This document shows, piece after piece, positions 1 to 13,289 of a stretch of DNA of 64,000 bases. The stretch is taken from NCBI GenBank assembly GCA_009914755.4, contig CP068257.2, positions 39,648,001 to 39,712,000 of the forward strand, in the 5' to 3' direction. The notes beneath the pieces were generated by a model, which was not told the DNA's origin, did not search any database, and saw nothing but the letters and a program-made list of their open reading frames with translations. This DNA comes from the human T2T-CHM13v2.0 reference genome, Homo sapiens. A program made the translations under genes and the position numbers. Numbering within the stretch: position 1 is the stretch's first letter; each line of letters starts with the position of its first letter.

Positions 1-165
1 CCCCCTCCCCCAGCACTACTCATTATCCTGAGATTAGTGTATATTCTTATCTGAATTACTATACATTTATAATTTTACTAGATGGGCATGTGCACCTTCT
101 ATTAATTATCTATTGCTATGTAACAACTTACCCCCAAATGTCACAACTCTCTATCACCTTCTGCA
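1..165 (-). mobile_element. Ancient L1 3'-end fragment (antisense), truncated by the window edge and by Alu insertion
   Basis: The opening ccccctcccccagcactact… resembles the reverse complement of the L1M/L1PB 3'UTR motif (…ggggagggggg…). Confidence 0.35.
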
Positions 166-513
166 GTTTCTTTCTTTCTTTTGTTTTCTTTTTTTTCTTT
201 TTTTATTTTATTTTTTATTTTTAGACAGGGTCTTGCTCTGTCACTCAGGCTAGAGTAGAGTGCAGTGGCATGATCAGGGCTCACTTTAGCCCAACCTCCC
301 TGGTTCAGGTGATCCTCTGACCTCAACCTCCTGAGTAGCTGGGACTACAGGTGTGCACCACTGCCCTAGATAATTTTTTGTATTTTCTCTAGAGGGGGTT
401 TTGCCATGTTGCCCAGGCTGGTCTCCACCTCCCAGGCTCAAGTGATTGACCCCCCGGCCCCGCCGTGGCCTCCCAAAGTGCTAGGTTTACAAGCATATGC
501 CACCACACCCAGC
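166..513 (-). mobile_element. Alu (full length, minus orientation)
   Basis: A poly-T tail is followed by gagacagggtcttgctctgtcactcaggctagagt…ggtttacaagcatatgccaccacacccagcc. Confidence 0.85.
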
Positions 514-836
<323 letters not shown>

Positions 837-1309
837 TAGGGCCAGGAGTTGATGAGGCACTTAGCCGGGTGTCTCTGGCCCACCATTGCTCATGAGGCTG
901 CAGCTGTCTGAAGTCCATTGTAGGAGCTGGTTCCAAGCTCACTGTTGTGGTGGCAGGAGCCCTGCTTCCCTCACCATTTGGACCTCACTCCAGGACTGCC
1001 TGATGTCCTCTGGTCAGCCCTGAACATGTGATCCGAGAGAGCATGACGGGGCACCCAGGATAGAAACCCCAGGTTTTCATCACCTAATCTTGGAAGCAGC
1101 ATGTTCTCACTGCTGCCCCACTCCGTTGGTCGCACAGAATGACCCTGATATGATGTGGGAGGGGACGACGCAGGTAAATGCCAGGAGTCATCCGCAGTCA
1201 TCTTGGAAACATCCTACCATATACTTATCACAAAACCTAGGTTGGTTGATTTGTTTGTTTGGTTTATTTTTTTTTATTTTTAAATTTATAGGAATGCTGT
1301 GGTAGTGTG

Positions 1310-4300
1310 TATCCTTTGTCAACTCGACTTTATTGTTTGACATTACATTTTATAGATTTTCCATATTGATATGAGTCCTAGGTTATTTGTTTTGACTGCA
1401 TACTATCTCACTTTATGAATGTACCCAGATTACCCATTTTTATCTTAATTAACATTTGGATTATTTCTGTATTGGCAATTATAAACCGTACTGCAGTGAA
1501 CGTCTTTGTGTAGGTGAATGAGATCACCTAGGAATGGAATTTCTAAATGATTTATTATGCAACTCTTCAGTGTTATTGGCTACAGTCAAATTTGTCTTTA
1601 AAGTAGCTGAAACATCAGCATTATATGAGAATTTCCATTCCCTAAAAGCATGACTGTATTTGTTTTGTCTTTGTGTTTTGCTAATCCATGTATGTGCAAT
1701 AGTGTCACATTTTAGTCGATTACTTTCAAGATCATACAACTTTGGATATGTTTTTGGGATGTTTGAGCTTCTTCTCTGAGGGTGAATTTTTCTACTAATA
1801 TAGTGTGCACATTTTTCTACCCATACTTTTTACTGATAGACATGAGTTCCTTATATTTCTGAGGTATTAGTTTTTCTGAGTTATACTATCTAGTCTCCCT
1901 GACTTTTTACTTTGTTTTGGTGCCTTATATTTATATATATCTTTAATTTAGTGAAATCAAATTTACCAGTATTTCTCTCATGAACTATGCCCTGTGCCTT
2001 ATTTAAGAAATACTTCTTTAATCCAAGAAAATAGGGATTTTTTTCTTCTAAAGATACTGTATACTTTTTTCTTATTTTCTTCCAAAATGTGAATTAGGAA
2101 ATTAATTTATATAAGGACGTTCCATTTTCTCAGCATCCATATTGAATATATAATGTTTTCCCCTCTGATTTTTCCAATTTTTTTATTTAAAAAATTTATA
2201 TACAGAAAAGACTAAAAATAATACCATGCTGTTCTGCATGTCAACCATCTAGATTTAGTAACTTTTAACATTTTGCCATATACCAGTATGTGTATATAGG
2301 TGAGTATGTAGTTTTTGCTGAGCCATTTGCAAATAAGTTGCAGATATCATGACTTTCACCCCTAAATATTTCATTATGCATTCTAAAAGTAAGGACATTC
2401 TCCTATATAACCACAATACCATAATCACACCTAAAAAATTAATAATATTTGCTAAATATCATGACTATGTAGACCACATGCATATTTCCCCAGGTGTCCC
2501 CAGAATGTTTTCATTAGCTGTTTTGCTTTTTATTTTGTTTTGGAAGGCCAGTTCTCTTGTAGAATGTATCATATTCAGTTTTATCTATTCCCTAATGATA
2601 TACCGCATTGATTTTGCATCATATTTCCTTGAACTTAAGTCTAGAGGCTTAATTAGACTTGAGTTAAATGTTTTTTTGCAAGGTATCTAATGAATTTTAA
2701 TAGCATCTTTGTCATGTACCAAGTCCCCATTTATGCCTGAGCCTACTTCTGAGCATTCTGTTCCATTCCACTGGTCAAGTTGTCTATCCCTCGGCTAAGC
2801 TATATAGTTTTATTTATTTTTTTTTAGTTATAGGACAATATCTGGCAGGGACTTGACCCTTCTTATTCTTCCTCAGAGTTCTCTTGGCTACTTTTGCCCT
2901 TTTATTCAACTTGTCGAGATCCCTGAAAAACCCTGTTGGGATTTCTATTAGAACTGCATTGAACTTACAGAATTAACTTGAGAAGAAACCAAATCTTTAC
3001 CATATCAAGTTTCCCCTATGAATGTACCAGATCTTTTCATTTATTTAGGTCTTCTTTTATGTCCTACTCCAGTATTTTGTAATTTTGTCCAAAAAGATTC
3101 ACACATAGACTTATTCCTATGTACCTCTTAGTTCTTACCACAAATGAGATTATTTTACATTGCATTTCTTGTGAGTTGTTGGGAATATGGGTATGCAATT
3201 TTTATATATTATATATTAATCTTCTATCCAGCCACATTGCTAAGTTCTCCTTTCTAGAAATGGTTTTTAGAGTCGTTTGAATTTTCTATTAAAACAGCCA
3301 TATAATCTGCAAATCATATATTTTAAATCACTTGTAGTTGTTATATCTTTTATTTATATTTTTTGTGATGCCCTCTGAGACAATATTGAATACAAATGGT
3401 GATAATGGACTTTTTTGTCTTTTTTCTTACTTTAAAGAAAATATTTCTCATTTCGTACCATGGAGCATTATGCATAGGATAGGTTTGTGGAATTTCCTTC
3501 TCAGTCCTAAATTTAGGGATTTCCAGTTTCTGAAAAGTATTCAGTATGAATGGAAAAGCTTTTTGACAATTTCCACATTAAACATATGCCTACTCTATAA
3601 TCAACATTCAACATTAAGCATATGCCTACTCTAGAATCCAGCAGTTGTCACTCTTAGGTGTATGCAAAGGAGAAATGAGTATGTAAGTGTGCTGAGACTT
3701 AACCAGAAGGTTCATAACAGCTTTACACATAAAATAACTTAAGTAATACATACTTTAGTAGTTACATAAATACATAAAACCATCACTTTTATCAAAATAG
3801 AAACATCCCAAAAGTCAACCAAAGGAAAACAGATGAACAATTGTTGACTTGCCATTCAGTGGAACACTGCCAGCAATTTTCTTTCTGCTGAAGAGTGTGC
3901 TTTTGGATGTCTTTTATAAAAGACTGTGAAAGGTAAATTTTATTTTGCCTCAATTCCGAATCACAATTTAGCTATACATGGAATTCTAGATTGCCTGTGT
4001 TCCCTTAGTGTTTTGAAGATTCAGTTTCATTGTCCTCTGGCTGTGATGATTGCTGAAGAAAAGACCCTAGTTGGTCTTAACTGTTGTACCTTTAAGGGTA
4101 ATCTGTTGCTTCTCCTTAGTTACCAGTAAGACTGCTTTTATTTTAAATTTCCAGTGTTCTGAATAGTGTTCTGAAGTTTCACCATGATGTGTCTAGGTAT
4201 AGGGTATTTTCCCATCGTGCTATACCCTTTACACTCTCTGAATCTGACAACTCATGACTTTTGTCATCAATCTTAGAGAATTCCTAGCTGTTAACTCTTC

Positions 4301-4670
4301 CACTATTGCCTCATGCACATTCTTTCTAGTCTCTTCTTCTGGATCTCTCATTTCAAGTAATGAGATTTCTCATTATTTATTTCAGGTCCCTTGACCCTTC
4401 ATTTATGTTTTCCTTTCTATCTTTGCTGCATTCTGTGTAATTTCTTCAGATACATTTTATATTGGCCTAATTCTCTGTTCAGCTATGTTCAATCTACTAT
4501 TTAACATATTCATTGAGTCTTTTAAAATACTTTTACTTTTTATTATTTTTATTGTTTTTGGATTCTTTAATTGTCTTTGGTTTGGGGGTCTTTTTTTTTT
4601 CTTTTGAGTTTTTCATTTCGATGACTATATTTTTCATTTCTAGAAATTGTATCTCATACTTTTCCAAATA
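1310..4670 (-). mobile_element. Cluster of ancient L1 (L1M/L1P class) ORF2/3'-region fragments, mostly antisense
   Basis: The block is AT-rich, with stretches resembling L1 ORF2 read on the opposite strand, e.g. ttccattccactggtcaagttgtctatcc…, which resembles L1 antisense ttccattggtctatat…. It has no intact ORFs. Boundaries and the number of fragments are not resolved. Confidence 0.35.
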
Positions 4671-4676
4671 TACCAT

Positions 4677-4774
4677 AGCCGGGCACAGTGGCTCATACCT
4701 GTAATCCCAGAACTTTAGGAGGCCAAGGCAGGAGGATCGCTTGAGTCCAGAAGTTCAAGACCAGCCTGGGCAAC
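4677..4774 (+). mobile_element. AluJ-like element, 5' part (split by a THE1 insertion)
   Basis: The left-monomer sequence gccgggcacagtggctcatacctgtaatcccag…ccagcctgggcaac ends at the THE1 junction. Confidence 0.8.
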
Positions 4775-5172
4775 TGTGTTAGTTCATTCCCATGCTGCTA
4801 TAAAGACATACTGGGACTGGGTAATTGATTAAGAAAAGAGGTTTAATTGGCTCATGGTTCTGCAGGTTATACAGACTTCTGCTTCTCGGGAGGCCTCAGG
4901 AAACTTACAATTGTGGTAGAAGAAGAAAGGGAAGCAGGCACAGTCTTCACGTGGCCAGAGCAAGGGAGAGAGAGAGAGAGGGGAAGGTGCTCCACACTTT
5001 CAGACAACCATATCTTGTGAGAACTCTATCATGAGACAATACTGGGGGGTGGTAGTAAACCATTAGAAACCACCCCCATGATCCAGTCACCTCCCACCAG
5101 GCCCCATCTCCAACACTTGGGATCCCAATTCAACATGAGATTTGGATGGGGACACAGTGCCAAACCATATCA
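4775..5172 (-). mobile_element. THE1-family MaLR solo LTR (minus orientation) inserted into the Alu
   Basis: The sequence reads ctgtgttagttcattcccatgctgctataaagacata…gggacacagtgccaaaccatatca. This is the reverse complement of the THE1 consensus tgatatggtttggctgtgtcccc…ctaatacag. Confidence 0.75.
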
Positions 5173-5376
5173 ACAACAAAGTAATACCCTGTCCACAAAA
5201 AATCAAAAGGTTAGCCAAGCATGGTGGAGCATACCTATGGTTCCAGCTACACAAGAGGCTGAGGCAGGAAGATCACTTGAGGCCAGGAGGTCAAGGCTGC
5301 AGAGAGCCATGATCATGTCACTGCACTCCAGCCTGGGAGACAGAGCAAGACTCTGACTCTAAATAAATAAATAAAT
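5173..5376 (+). mobile_element. AluJ-like element, 3' part (continuation after the THE1 insertion)
   Basis: The sequence runs …acaaagtaataccctgtccacaaaaaatcaaaaggttagccaagcatggtgg…ctgcactccagcctgggagacagagcaagactctgactctaaataaataaataaat. Confidence 0.8.
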
Positions 5377-5559
5377 ATGCCAGTTAACTTTTCTATAGTG
5401 TTGTGTAAAATTTTATTGTGACTTGGATTTTCTTTATCTTCTTTTTAGTTTTTATTTAATTTAAAAGGCTAGGTAATATTTAGAAGGTACGATATAGCAC
5501 ATAGTCCCACTCCCTCAGAGGTAATCATACTAATGCCTAAAGTCCTTCCTTTTTTTTTT

Positions 5560-6360
5560 TTTTTCAAGCCTCATAGTTTATTATATGGGTGCACCTAATT
5601 TATTTAACCAGTTCATTATTGATAGGCATTTAGGTTGTTTTAAGTCTTTTGTTGTTACAAATAATACTGCATTGAACATCATTTATATATATCATTTGCA
5701 TATATGAAAGTATACATCTAGGTTAAATTATTAGAATTGCTGAGTTAAAAGGTATACATATTTGTAATTTTAATGAATATCACTTCGTTACCTTCCATAG
5801 AGCTTATATTCATCGATACCTGGCCATACCATCTCTTGTAATGTAGATGATAACCTACTTGGAAATTTTGGTCATCTGACAGGTGAAAAATGATGATCTC
5901 GGTGTAGTTTTAATTTGTGTCACTTTCTATGAGTGAGATTGAGTTTCTTTTCAATGACTAAGGTCACTGTTTGTCCTTTTCTATGAACTACCCACTCATA
6001 TCTTTGCCCATTGTTTTCTGTTGGATTCTTTTTTTGTATTAATTTGTAGGAACTCTTTATGTAATGGAGTAATTAACCATATGCTTGGAGGAAAAAGAAC
6101 CTATAATTTCTGTCTCAATTGTACATTTTTAAAACTTTGCTTATGACATGTTTTAGTGTAAAAAATGTTTACTTTGTATATTTAAATAGTTTGATATTTT
6201 GCTTTAAGGGTCTTGGGACTACTGTTACCTTTTAAATGGCTTTCCTCACTAAAAGTGTTTTGTGACTTATTCAAGTACTTTCATGTTTGATTTAACTTGG
6301 CATAGAATGTGTGGATTAAACTTCTTTCCTCTAGGATAACTACCCCCATTGTTATAACAT
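5560..6360 (-). mobile_element. Ancient L1 3'-region fragment (antisense)
   Basis: The stretch tgggtgcacctaatttatttaaccagttcattattgataggcatttaggttgtttt… matches the reverse complement of the L1 ORF2 C-terminal region (…cattcacctgttgatggacatttgggttgtttcc…). Confidence 0.5.
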
Positions 6361-7319
6361 TTATCAAATAACTTACTTTTTTTTACTTTAAATCCTAAAA
6401 TTACTGCATACCAAATTCTAGTAAATATTTGGGAGATGTATATCTGTTTCTGGATTTTCTGTACTATTCCATTGATATATCTTATAGTATTAGTTCCTTT
6501 TCATTATTCTTTTTTCAGAATTTCCAACTCTTCTTTCTTAATTTTTCTTTTCTTTTATGAACTTTTGAGCCAGCTTGTTTAGTTTTAAAAAAATTGTACT
6601 TTAATGGGTTTTTAGTCACTTTAAACACAGCTATGGTATAATCTTGTGCACGTTGTTCTATTTTTCCATCACCGATGGGGAGTTCATCTTGTTTTTGTGT
6701 CTGCTGGCTGCTCTCTCATAGTAGACTTTTTTCTCGTTTGCTTTGCAATTTTTTGTTGTGAGCTTATATTTAGAGGGAGCACATTTTTTCTTCCAAGAGA
6801 GTGCAGTGTGCCTTGGGCTGTAAAGTGTTGCTGTAAAGCAATTTTGCATATGTTTCTGCTGAGTGTCCGCAGACCATGAGAATCTTGGGATTTGCATACC
6901 AGGTTGTGCGAATTTAGATGCCAGCCACGTTTGAGGTGGAGGTTTAGGGGCTCCATTTCTCATGGGAGAGTTTCTTGCCCTCCTCCCCCAACCTCTTAGC
7001 CCCTGAGCTGAGCCAGGCTTCTGTTGGCAGAATTTCCCGGCTCCTTTCACCAATGGGCAAGGTTTGCACAGGCATCTTGACCCCAGTGCCTACTTCCTTG
7101 GTGCCCAGGGTCAAGTCTCTCACCCCTCCTGGTCATGGGAACCCCAGCCTTAGGGCCCATTTCTGGTTGAGGAATGTCTCTTACTTCTGGACTCAGCTAT
7201 AGAGTTAAAAAGTTATATTTTATCCTCATTCCTCTTTGTTGCAGCAGGAAGAGGTTCTACCTTCACACCAGTCACTGTTTGAGGACCCCACATCTTTGGA
7301 AGCTGCCCTTCTCTCACAG

Positions 7320-7322
<3 letters not shown>

Positions 7323-7354
<32 letters not shown>
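7323..7354. repeat. (GT)16 microsatellite
   Basis: A perfect GT dinucleotide run. Confidence 0.95.
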
Positions 7355-7355
<1 letters not shown>

Positions 7356-9002
7356 CATGGTCATTTGTGTTTGTCCGATGACACTTAGCCTAAGGGTTGG
7401 GGTGGGGGGAGCAGTGAGTGGGAGCTCCTTGATTAGAATCTCCTGGGACACTTTTTCAAAATACACCTGGTCAACATCCTCACGCCCTTTTCCAGCGAAG
7501 GCACAGCAGGATGGCGGTGGGTGGGAAGGTGATGGGTATTTTGGAAAAAGTTCCCCAGATGCTTCTCTTATGCTTCCCCTGCCTCTCCTCAGCCCACTCC
7601 CACCCCTGCTGAGAATCATTACTGCAGTCAGATTGGCTGGAGGTCAGGGTGTGTTATGGCTCGGGCCAGCGTCTCATATCTGACATGGATACTAGGGACT
7701 GGAGCACTTTCAACCACCTCTGTGTTGCTGGGCCAAGTGTCCTACGGCTACGAAAATAATAGAGTGTTAAAATTGACAACTCTCTGTTATTTTAGTGTAT
7801 CCAAAGCTTATGAAATACCACCCATCTCTTTTTATAGATTGAGACATTTAGCACCCAAGAGCTGTATAGATCTCAGCTTGTACAACTTGAGGCACATGAT
7901 GGATTATGGCAGCCATTTGACTGTGAATTTTTCTTGCTGCAGGTTGAAAGTGGATCATCTGGTACATGCTCATGTTTAAAAATAGCAGAGTTAGCTGTTA
8001 AGAGAAGAGTTTCAGAGATACTCCTCTGCCATCTACTTAGACTACAATCAAAAGATACCAAAGCCAGGGGACCCCAAAGGTGTAGATCAGGCTGCTCTGT
8101 TTCCTCATTTTACAGAAGAGAACACTGAGGGCCCCAGATTTTCCGTAGCTTTCACATGGTTGCAGAAAAAAAATCTGGCTCTGGGTCCAGAACCCCTATC
8201 CTGAAACTCCAGAATGTTTTTCTAAGTAAACCATGCCTACTCAGAAAGCATCTCAGTACCAGATAATCAGTGTGGCGGGACAGTTCTCATTATTTTGTAT
8301 GCTATAGGGAAAAAGACCTGACCATTATAATTTTTATCCTTGGTAAAATTACAGATCTTCCACAGGCACTCATTATCAACCAGATCCTGACCTTTCAGAG
8401 AAAATACACAATTAAAATTGTAACTCGAGACATTGATGAAAGAGTTAAAAGTAACAGTTTAGTAACATCGGACACTTACGTAGCACCGATCTTAGCCCAG
8501 GACTGTACTAAGTGCTTAACATCTATTAACTTGATTGTTCTTACAAGACTGACTGGTAGGGGCTGTTATTACCTTCATTTTATAGATGACAAAACTGGGG
8601 GGCAAAGAAGTTAAGTAACTTGGCCCAGATCACACAGCTTGTATGTGGGAGCTAGGATTGGAACCCCAGAAGTCTGGCCCCAGGTTCATGCTCTCACCCA
8701 CTGCATACAATGGCCTCTCATAAATCAATCCAGTATAAAACATTAGAATCTGCTTTAAAACCATAGAATTAGTAGCGTAAGTAATAAATGCAGAGACCAT
8801 GCAGTGAATGGCATTCCTGGAAAAAGCCCCCAGAAGGAATTTTAAATCAGCTTTCGTCTAATCTTGAGCAGCTAGTTAGCAAATATGAGAATACAGTTGT
8901 TCCCAGATAATGCTTTATGTCTGACCATCTTAAACTGGCGCTGTTTTTCAAAAACTTAAAAACAAAATCCATGACTCTTTTAATTATAAAAGTGATACAT
9001 GT

Positions 9003-9135
9003 CTACTTGGGAGGCTGAGGTGGTGGGAGGATGGCTTGAGTTTGAGGCTGCAGTATGCTACTATCATGCCTATAAATAGCCGCTGCATTCCAGCTTGGGC
9101 AACATACCCAGGCCCTATCTCAAAAAAATAAAAAG
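9003..9135 (+). mobile_element. Alu right-arm monomer fragment
   Basis: The sequence reads ctacttgggaggctgaggtggtgggaggatggcttgag…cattccagcttgggcaacataccc…ctcaaaaaaataaaaag. Confidence 0.6.
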
Positions 9136-9302
9136 TAATACATCTACATTGAAGAAAATTAATTTTATTGGGTTTTTTTGCATTTTTATTATACACAGCA
9201 CACACAGCACATATGAAAAAATGGGTATGAACTCAGGCATTCAACTGGAAGAACAGTACTAAATCAATGTCCATGTAGTCAGCGTGACTGAGGTTGGTTT
9301 GT

Positions 9303-9626
<324 letters not shown>

Positions 9627-9699
9627 TCGGTTTTTCTTTTCTAATCTCAATGAGATTATAACAGATGTGCTATTCTTTGACATGCTTTGACTATCTTAT

Positions 9700-12600
9700 T
9701 CTTTTGACTTTTTGAAACAGCTTTGTTGGGATATAATTGGTGTAAAATAAACAGTTCATGTTGAAAGGATACAGTTTGATAAGTGTTATATGTGTGCGCA
9801 CCTTGAAACCATCACCACAAACAAGGTAGTGATCATATGCACTGAGCCGTTTTCCCTGCCTCCCAGGTCCTGTGGACCCCATGCCATTCCCAGGAAACCA
9901 CTGACGTGCCTTCTGTCACTGTAGACTAGTTTGTATTTGTTAGAATTTTATATAAATGAAATCATACAGTATGTATTCCATTTTGTCTGACTGCTTTCAC
10001 ACAATAAAATTATTTTGAGGTTCATCTATAATGTTTCATGTTCAAAAGTTCATTTTTATTGCAGATCAATTAGGCATTATAGTTTCTTTATCCCCATACA
10101 CCTGTTGATGAACTTTTGGATTGTTGCCAAGTTTTGGGTTTTTTGGCAATTATAAATAAAGCTGCTATCAACAATAGCATGCAAGTCCTTGGACATATAT
10201 TTTGTTTTTTATTTCTCCTGGATAAACACCTAGGAGTAGAATCGTTGAGTTACATAACATGTATGTTTTACTACTTAAAAAGCTGCCAAACTCATTTTCA
10301 AAGTTGGCTTTATCATGTCACATTCCTGCCAACAGTGTATGAAAGTTCCAGTTGTTAAACATCCTCACCAACATTTGGTATGGTCAGTATTTTCATTTTA
10401 ATAGGTATTAATATTTAGCGGTCTCATTGTGGCTTTAATTTGCATTTCCCTAATGACTAATAATCCTGAATATCTTTTCATGTGCTTTTTTGCCATTCAT
10501 GCATCTTTTTAAATGAAATGTCTTTTCAAATGTTCTTGCCCGTTTTTGTATAGGGTTGTTTGTTTTCTCATTGAGTCCTCAGAGTTATTTATATATGAAG
10601 AATACAAGTCCTTTATCAGAAATTTGGCTTTCAAATATTTTTGCCAAGTCTTTTTAGTCTGTTAATATTTTCTATTAAAGAGGAGCAGTTCTTACTTAAT
10701 TTTGATAAAATCCATTTTTTTTCCTTTTACAAATTGTGCTTTTGGGTACTATAGCTAAGAAATTTTTCGCCTAACCCCAGGACACAAAGATTTTATATAT
10801 ATATAATGGAGATGGGGTCTTGCTCTGTCACCAGACTAGAGTACAGTAGCGTGAGCATAGTTCATTGCAGCCTCCATCTCCTGGCCTCAAGTGATCCTCC
10901 TACCACCGTCGCCTAAAGTGCTGGGATTATAGGCATGAGCCACCACCACACCTGGCCACAAATGTGTTATTTAGTTTCCAAATAATTAGGGATTTTTCCA
11001 GAAGCTTTCTGTTATTCTAATATAACCTCAGTGTGGGCAGGGAATATAGTTTTTATGAATTGAATCTTTTGAAATTTATTGAAACTTGTTTCATTGTCCA
11101 GAATATAGTCTATCACAGTAAATATTTCTTGTGCTCTTGAAAACAATGTATATTCTGCTATTATGGGTGGATTAGTTTATAATAGTTAGATCAAGTTAGT
11201 TAATAGTGTTGTTTAGGTATTCTATATCATAACTTATTTTCTGTCTACTTGCTCTATTATTGAGAAACGGGTATTGGAATCTCTGACTATATTTGTGGAT
11301 TTGTCTATTTCTCTTTGCATTTTCATCAATCTTGTTTTATGTATTTTGAAACACTGTTATTAGGTAAAAAAACATTAGGATTTTTATGTCCTATTTATGA
11401 AGGAAACAGTTTATCATTATGAAACTACTATATTTACTTCTAGTAATTTTTTTGATCTGTATCTATTCTGTCTAATAATATAGCCACTCTGGATTTCTTT
11501 TGATAAGCATTAATATGATAGTTTTTTTCCATCTGTTTAGTTTTAACATTTTGAGTCTTAACATTAAAAGTGAGTTTCCTGTAGGGAGAATATACTTGGA
11601 TCTTGCTTTTTATCTAATTTAGCAGTCTCTGTTTTTTAGTTGTGATGTTTAGGCCAGAGATCCACAAACAACAGTCTATAGGCTGAATCCAGCATGTGGC
11701 TTGTTTCTGTATGGCCTGTGAGGTAAGAATAGTTTTTACATTTTTAAAGGGTTGAAAAAATCAGAAAGAAGCTAACCTAAAAAGCTTAACATATTTACTA
11801 TCTGGCCCTTTACGGAAAAAGTTTGCCAAATGCTGGTTTAGACTATTTATATTTAATGTATGATTGATATGTCTGTGTTTAACCAGTAACACAACAAAGA
11901 AAACTATTTTTCTTTTTGTCTCATTTGTTACATTTTTTCCCTTTTTTCCTTTTTTGCTGCCTTCTTTTGGATTATTTTCTATTTCTTTATATCTCCTTGG
12001 CTAGTTTATTAGCTATAACTCTATATCGTGAAATTTTAGTGGTTGCTTTAGAATACGTAGTGTAAATTTTTTAACTGACCACAGTCTACCACTTCATATA
12101 GTCTAAGAGCCTTCCAACAATAGACTTCCATTTCTTGCCTTCGGTCCTTTGTGCTATTGTCATCCATTTTACCTGTGCCTATATTATAAGCCACCCAGCA
12201 CATTGTTATAATTTTTGCTTTAATTGATTATCTTTGTAAATATTTAAAATTAAAAGTAAAGATTTTATAACTACTATATACTTCCCGCTTCTGGTGTTCA
12301 TCATTCTTTTGTGTAGATTCAAGTTTCCTTCTGATGTCCTTTTTCTTCTGCTTGAAGAACTTTCTGTAGTGAAAATCTGTGATGTGTTCTCTCAGCTTGT
12401 GTATGACTGAAAACATTTTTATTTCTTCTTCATTTTTAAGATATTTTTGCTGGGTATAGAGTTCTCGGTTGACAGGGCTTCTTCTACCCCCAGTACTTTA
12501 AAGATGTTACTCTATTGTCTTCTAGTTTGCATTGCTTCCAACATGAAATCATCTGTAATCCTTATTATTATTCATTTGTACATAATATTTCTTTTTTCTC

Positions 12601-13270
12601 TCTCCTTGCTTTTAGGAAATTTTCTCTTTATCACTGGTTTTCAGCAGTGCGCTATTATAATCTATGTCATGTTTCTTGTGTTTGGGGTCCTTTGGGCTTC
12701 TTGGGTCTGTGGGTTTATAGTTTCATAAAATTTGGAAAATTTTTGGTTTTTTCAAATATTTTTTGCCTCACAATCCCTTCTTCCTTTTGAGTACTCTGAT
12801 TACATGATTTAGCAGCTTGATATTGTCCACAGTTTACTGATGTTCTCTCTCTCTCTTTTTTTTCAGTTTTTTCTCTGTGCTTCATTTCTATTGTTTTGGT
12901 TTTTTTTAAATTCATTAGTCTGTTTTTCTGCAGTGTATAATCTGCTCTTACAACCATCCCGTATATTTTTCATCTCACATATTATAATTTTTATCACTAA
13001 AAATTTGATTTAGATCTTTAATGTCTTCCGTGTCTCTATTTAACATGTTTAACATTTTCTCTGGCATCCTGAGTAGAATACAGTTATAATAAATATCTTG
13101 ATATCCTGCCTGCTAATTCTATCATCTGTGCCATTTCTTACTAAGTTCCAATTGATTGATTTTGCTCCCTATTATGAACTGTGTTTTCCTGCTTCTTTGC
13201 ATAATTAGTGCTGTAGAATCAATGTTTATGTCCTGCCAAAATTCTTATGTTGAAACCTATCGGGGGAACC
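9700..13270 (-). mobile_element. Ancient L1 (L1M-class), ~3.4 kb spanning 3'UTR/ORF2 through the ORF1 region, antisense; carries a ~150-bp Alu insertion at 10805-10956
   Basis: Three markers place the element. The stretch cacctgttgatgaacttttggattgttgccaagttttgggtttt…gctgctatcaacaatagcatgcaagtccttgg is the reverse complement of the ORF2 C-terminus. The minus-strand translation …FIYNCQKTQN… resembles ORF2 [10 protein letters not shown]. Further right, …ctgggtatagagttctcggttgacag…tctgtgggtttatagtttcataaaatttggaaaattttt… matches L1 ORF2-start/ORF1 antisense. Confidence 0.55.
10805..10956 (-). mobile_element. Alu monomer-like insertion (~150 bp) inside the L1
   Basis: The sequence reads gagatggggtcttgctctgtcaccagactagagtacagtagcgtgagc…gctgggattataggcatgagccaccaccacacctggcc. 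Confidence 0.7.
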
Positions 13271-13289
13271 TGCCCCCGATAATTCAACA

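Noticed and set aside
6640-7320. Moderately GC-rich segment with 130-aa and 169-aa ORFs (6658..7053 minus, 7174..7683 plus)
   Set aside because: It has no splice or initiation context, and the ORFs overlap a (GT)n microsatellite and low-complexity sequence. It may be an old repeat 5' region, and I could not assign a feature with confidence.
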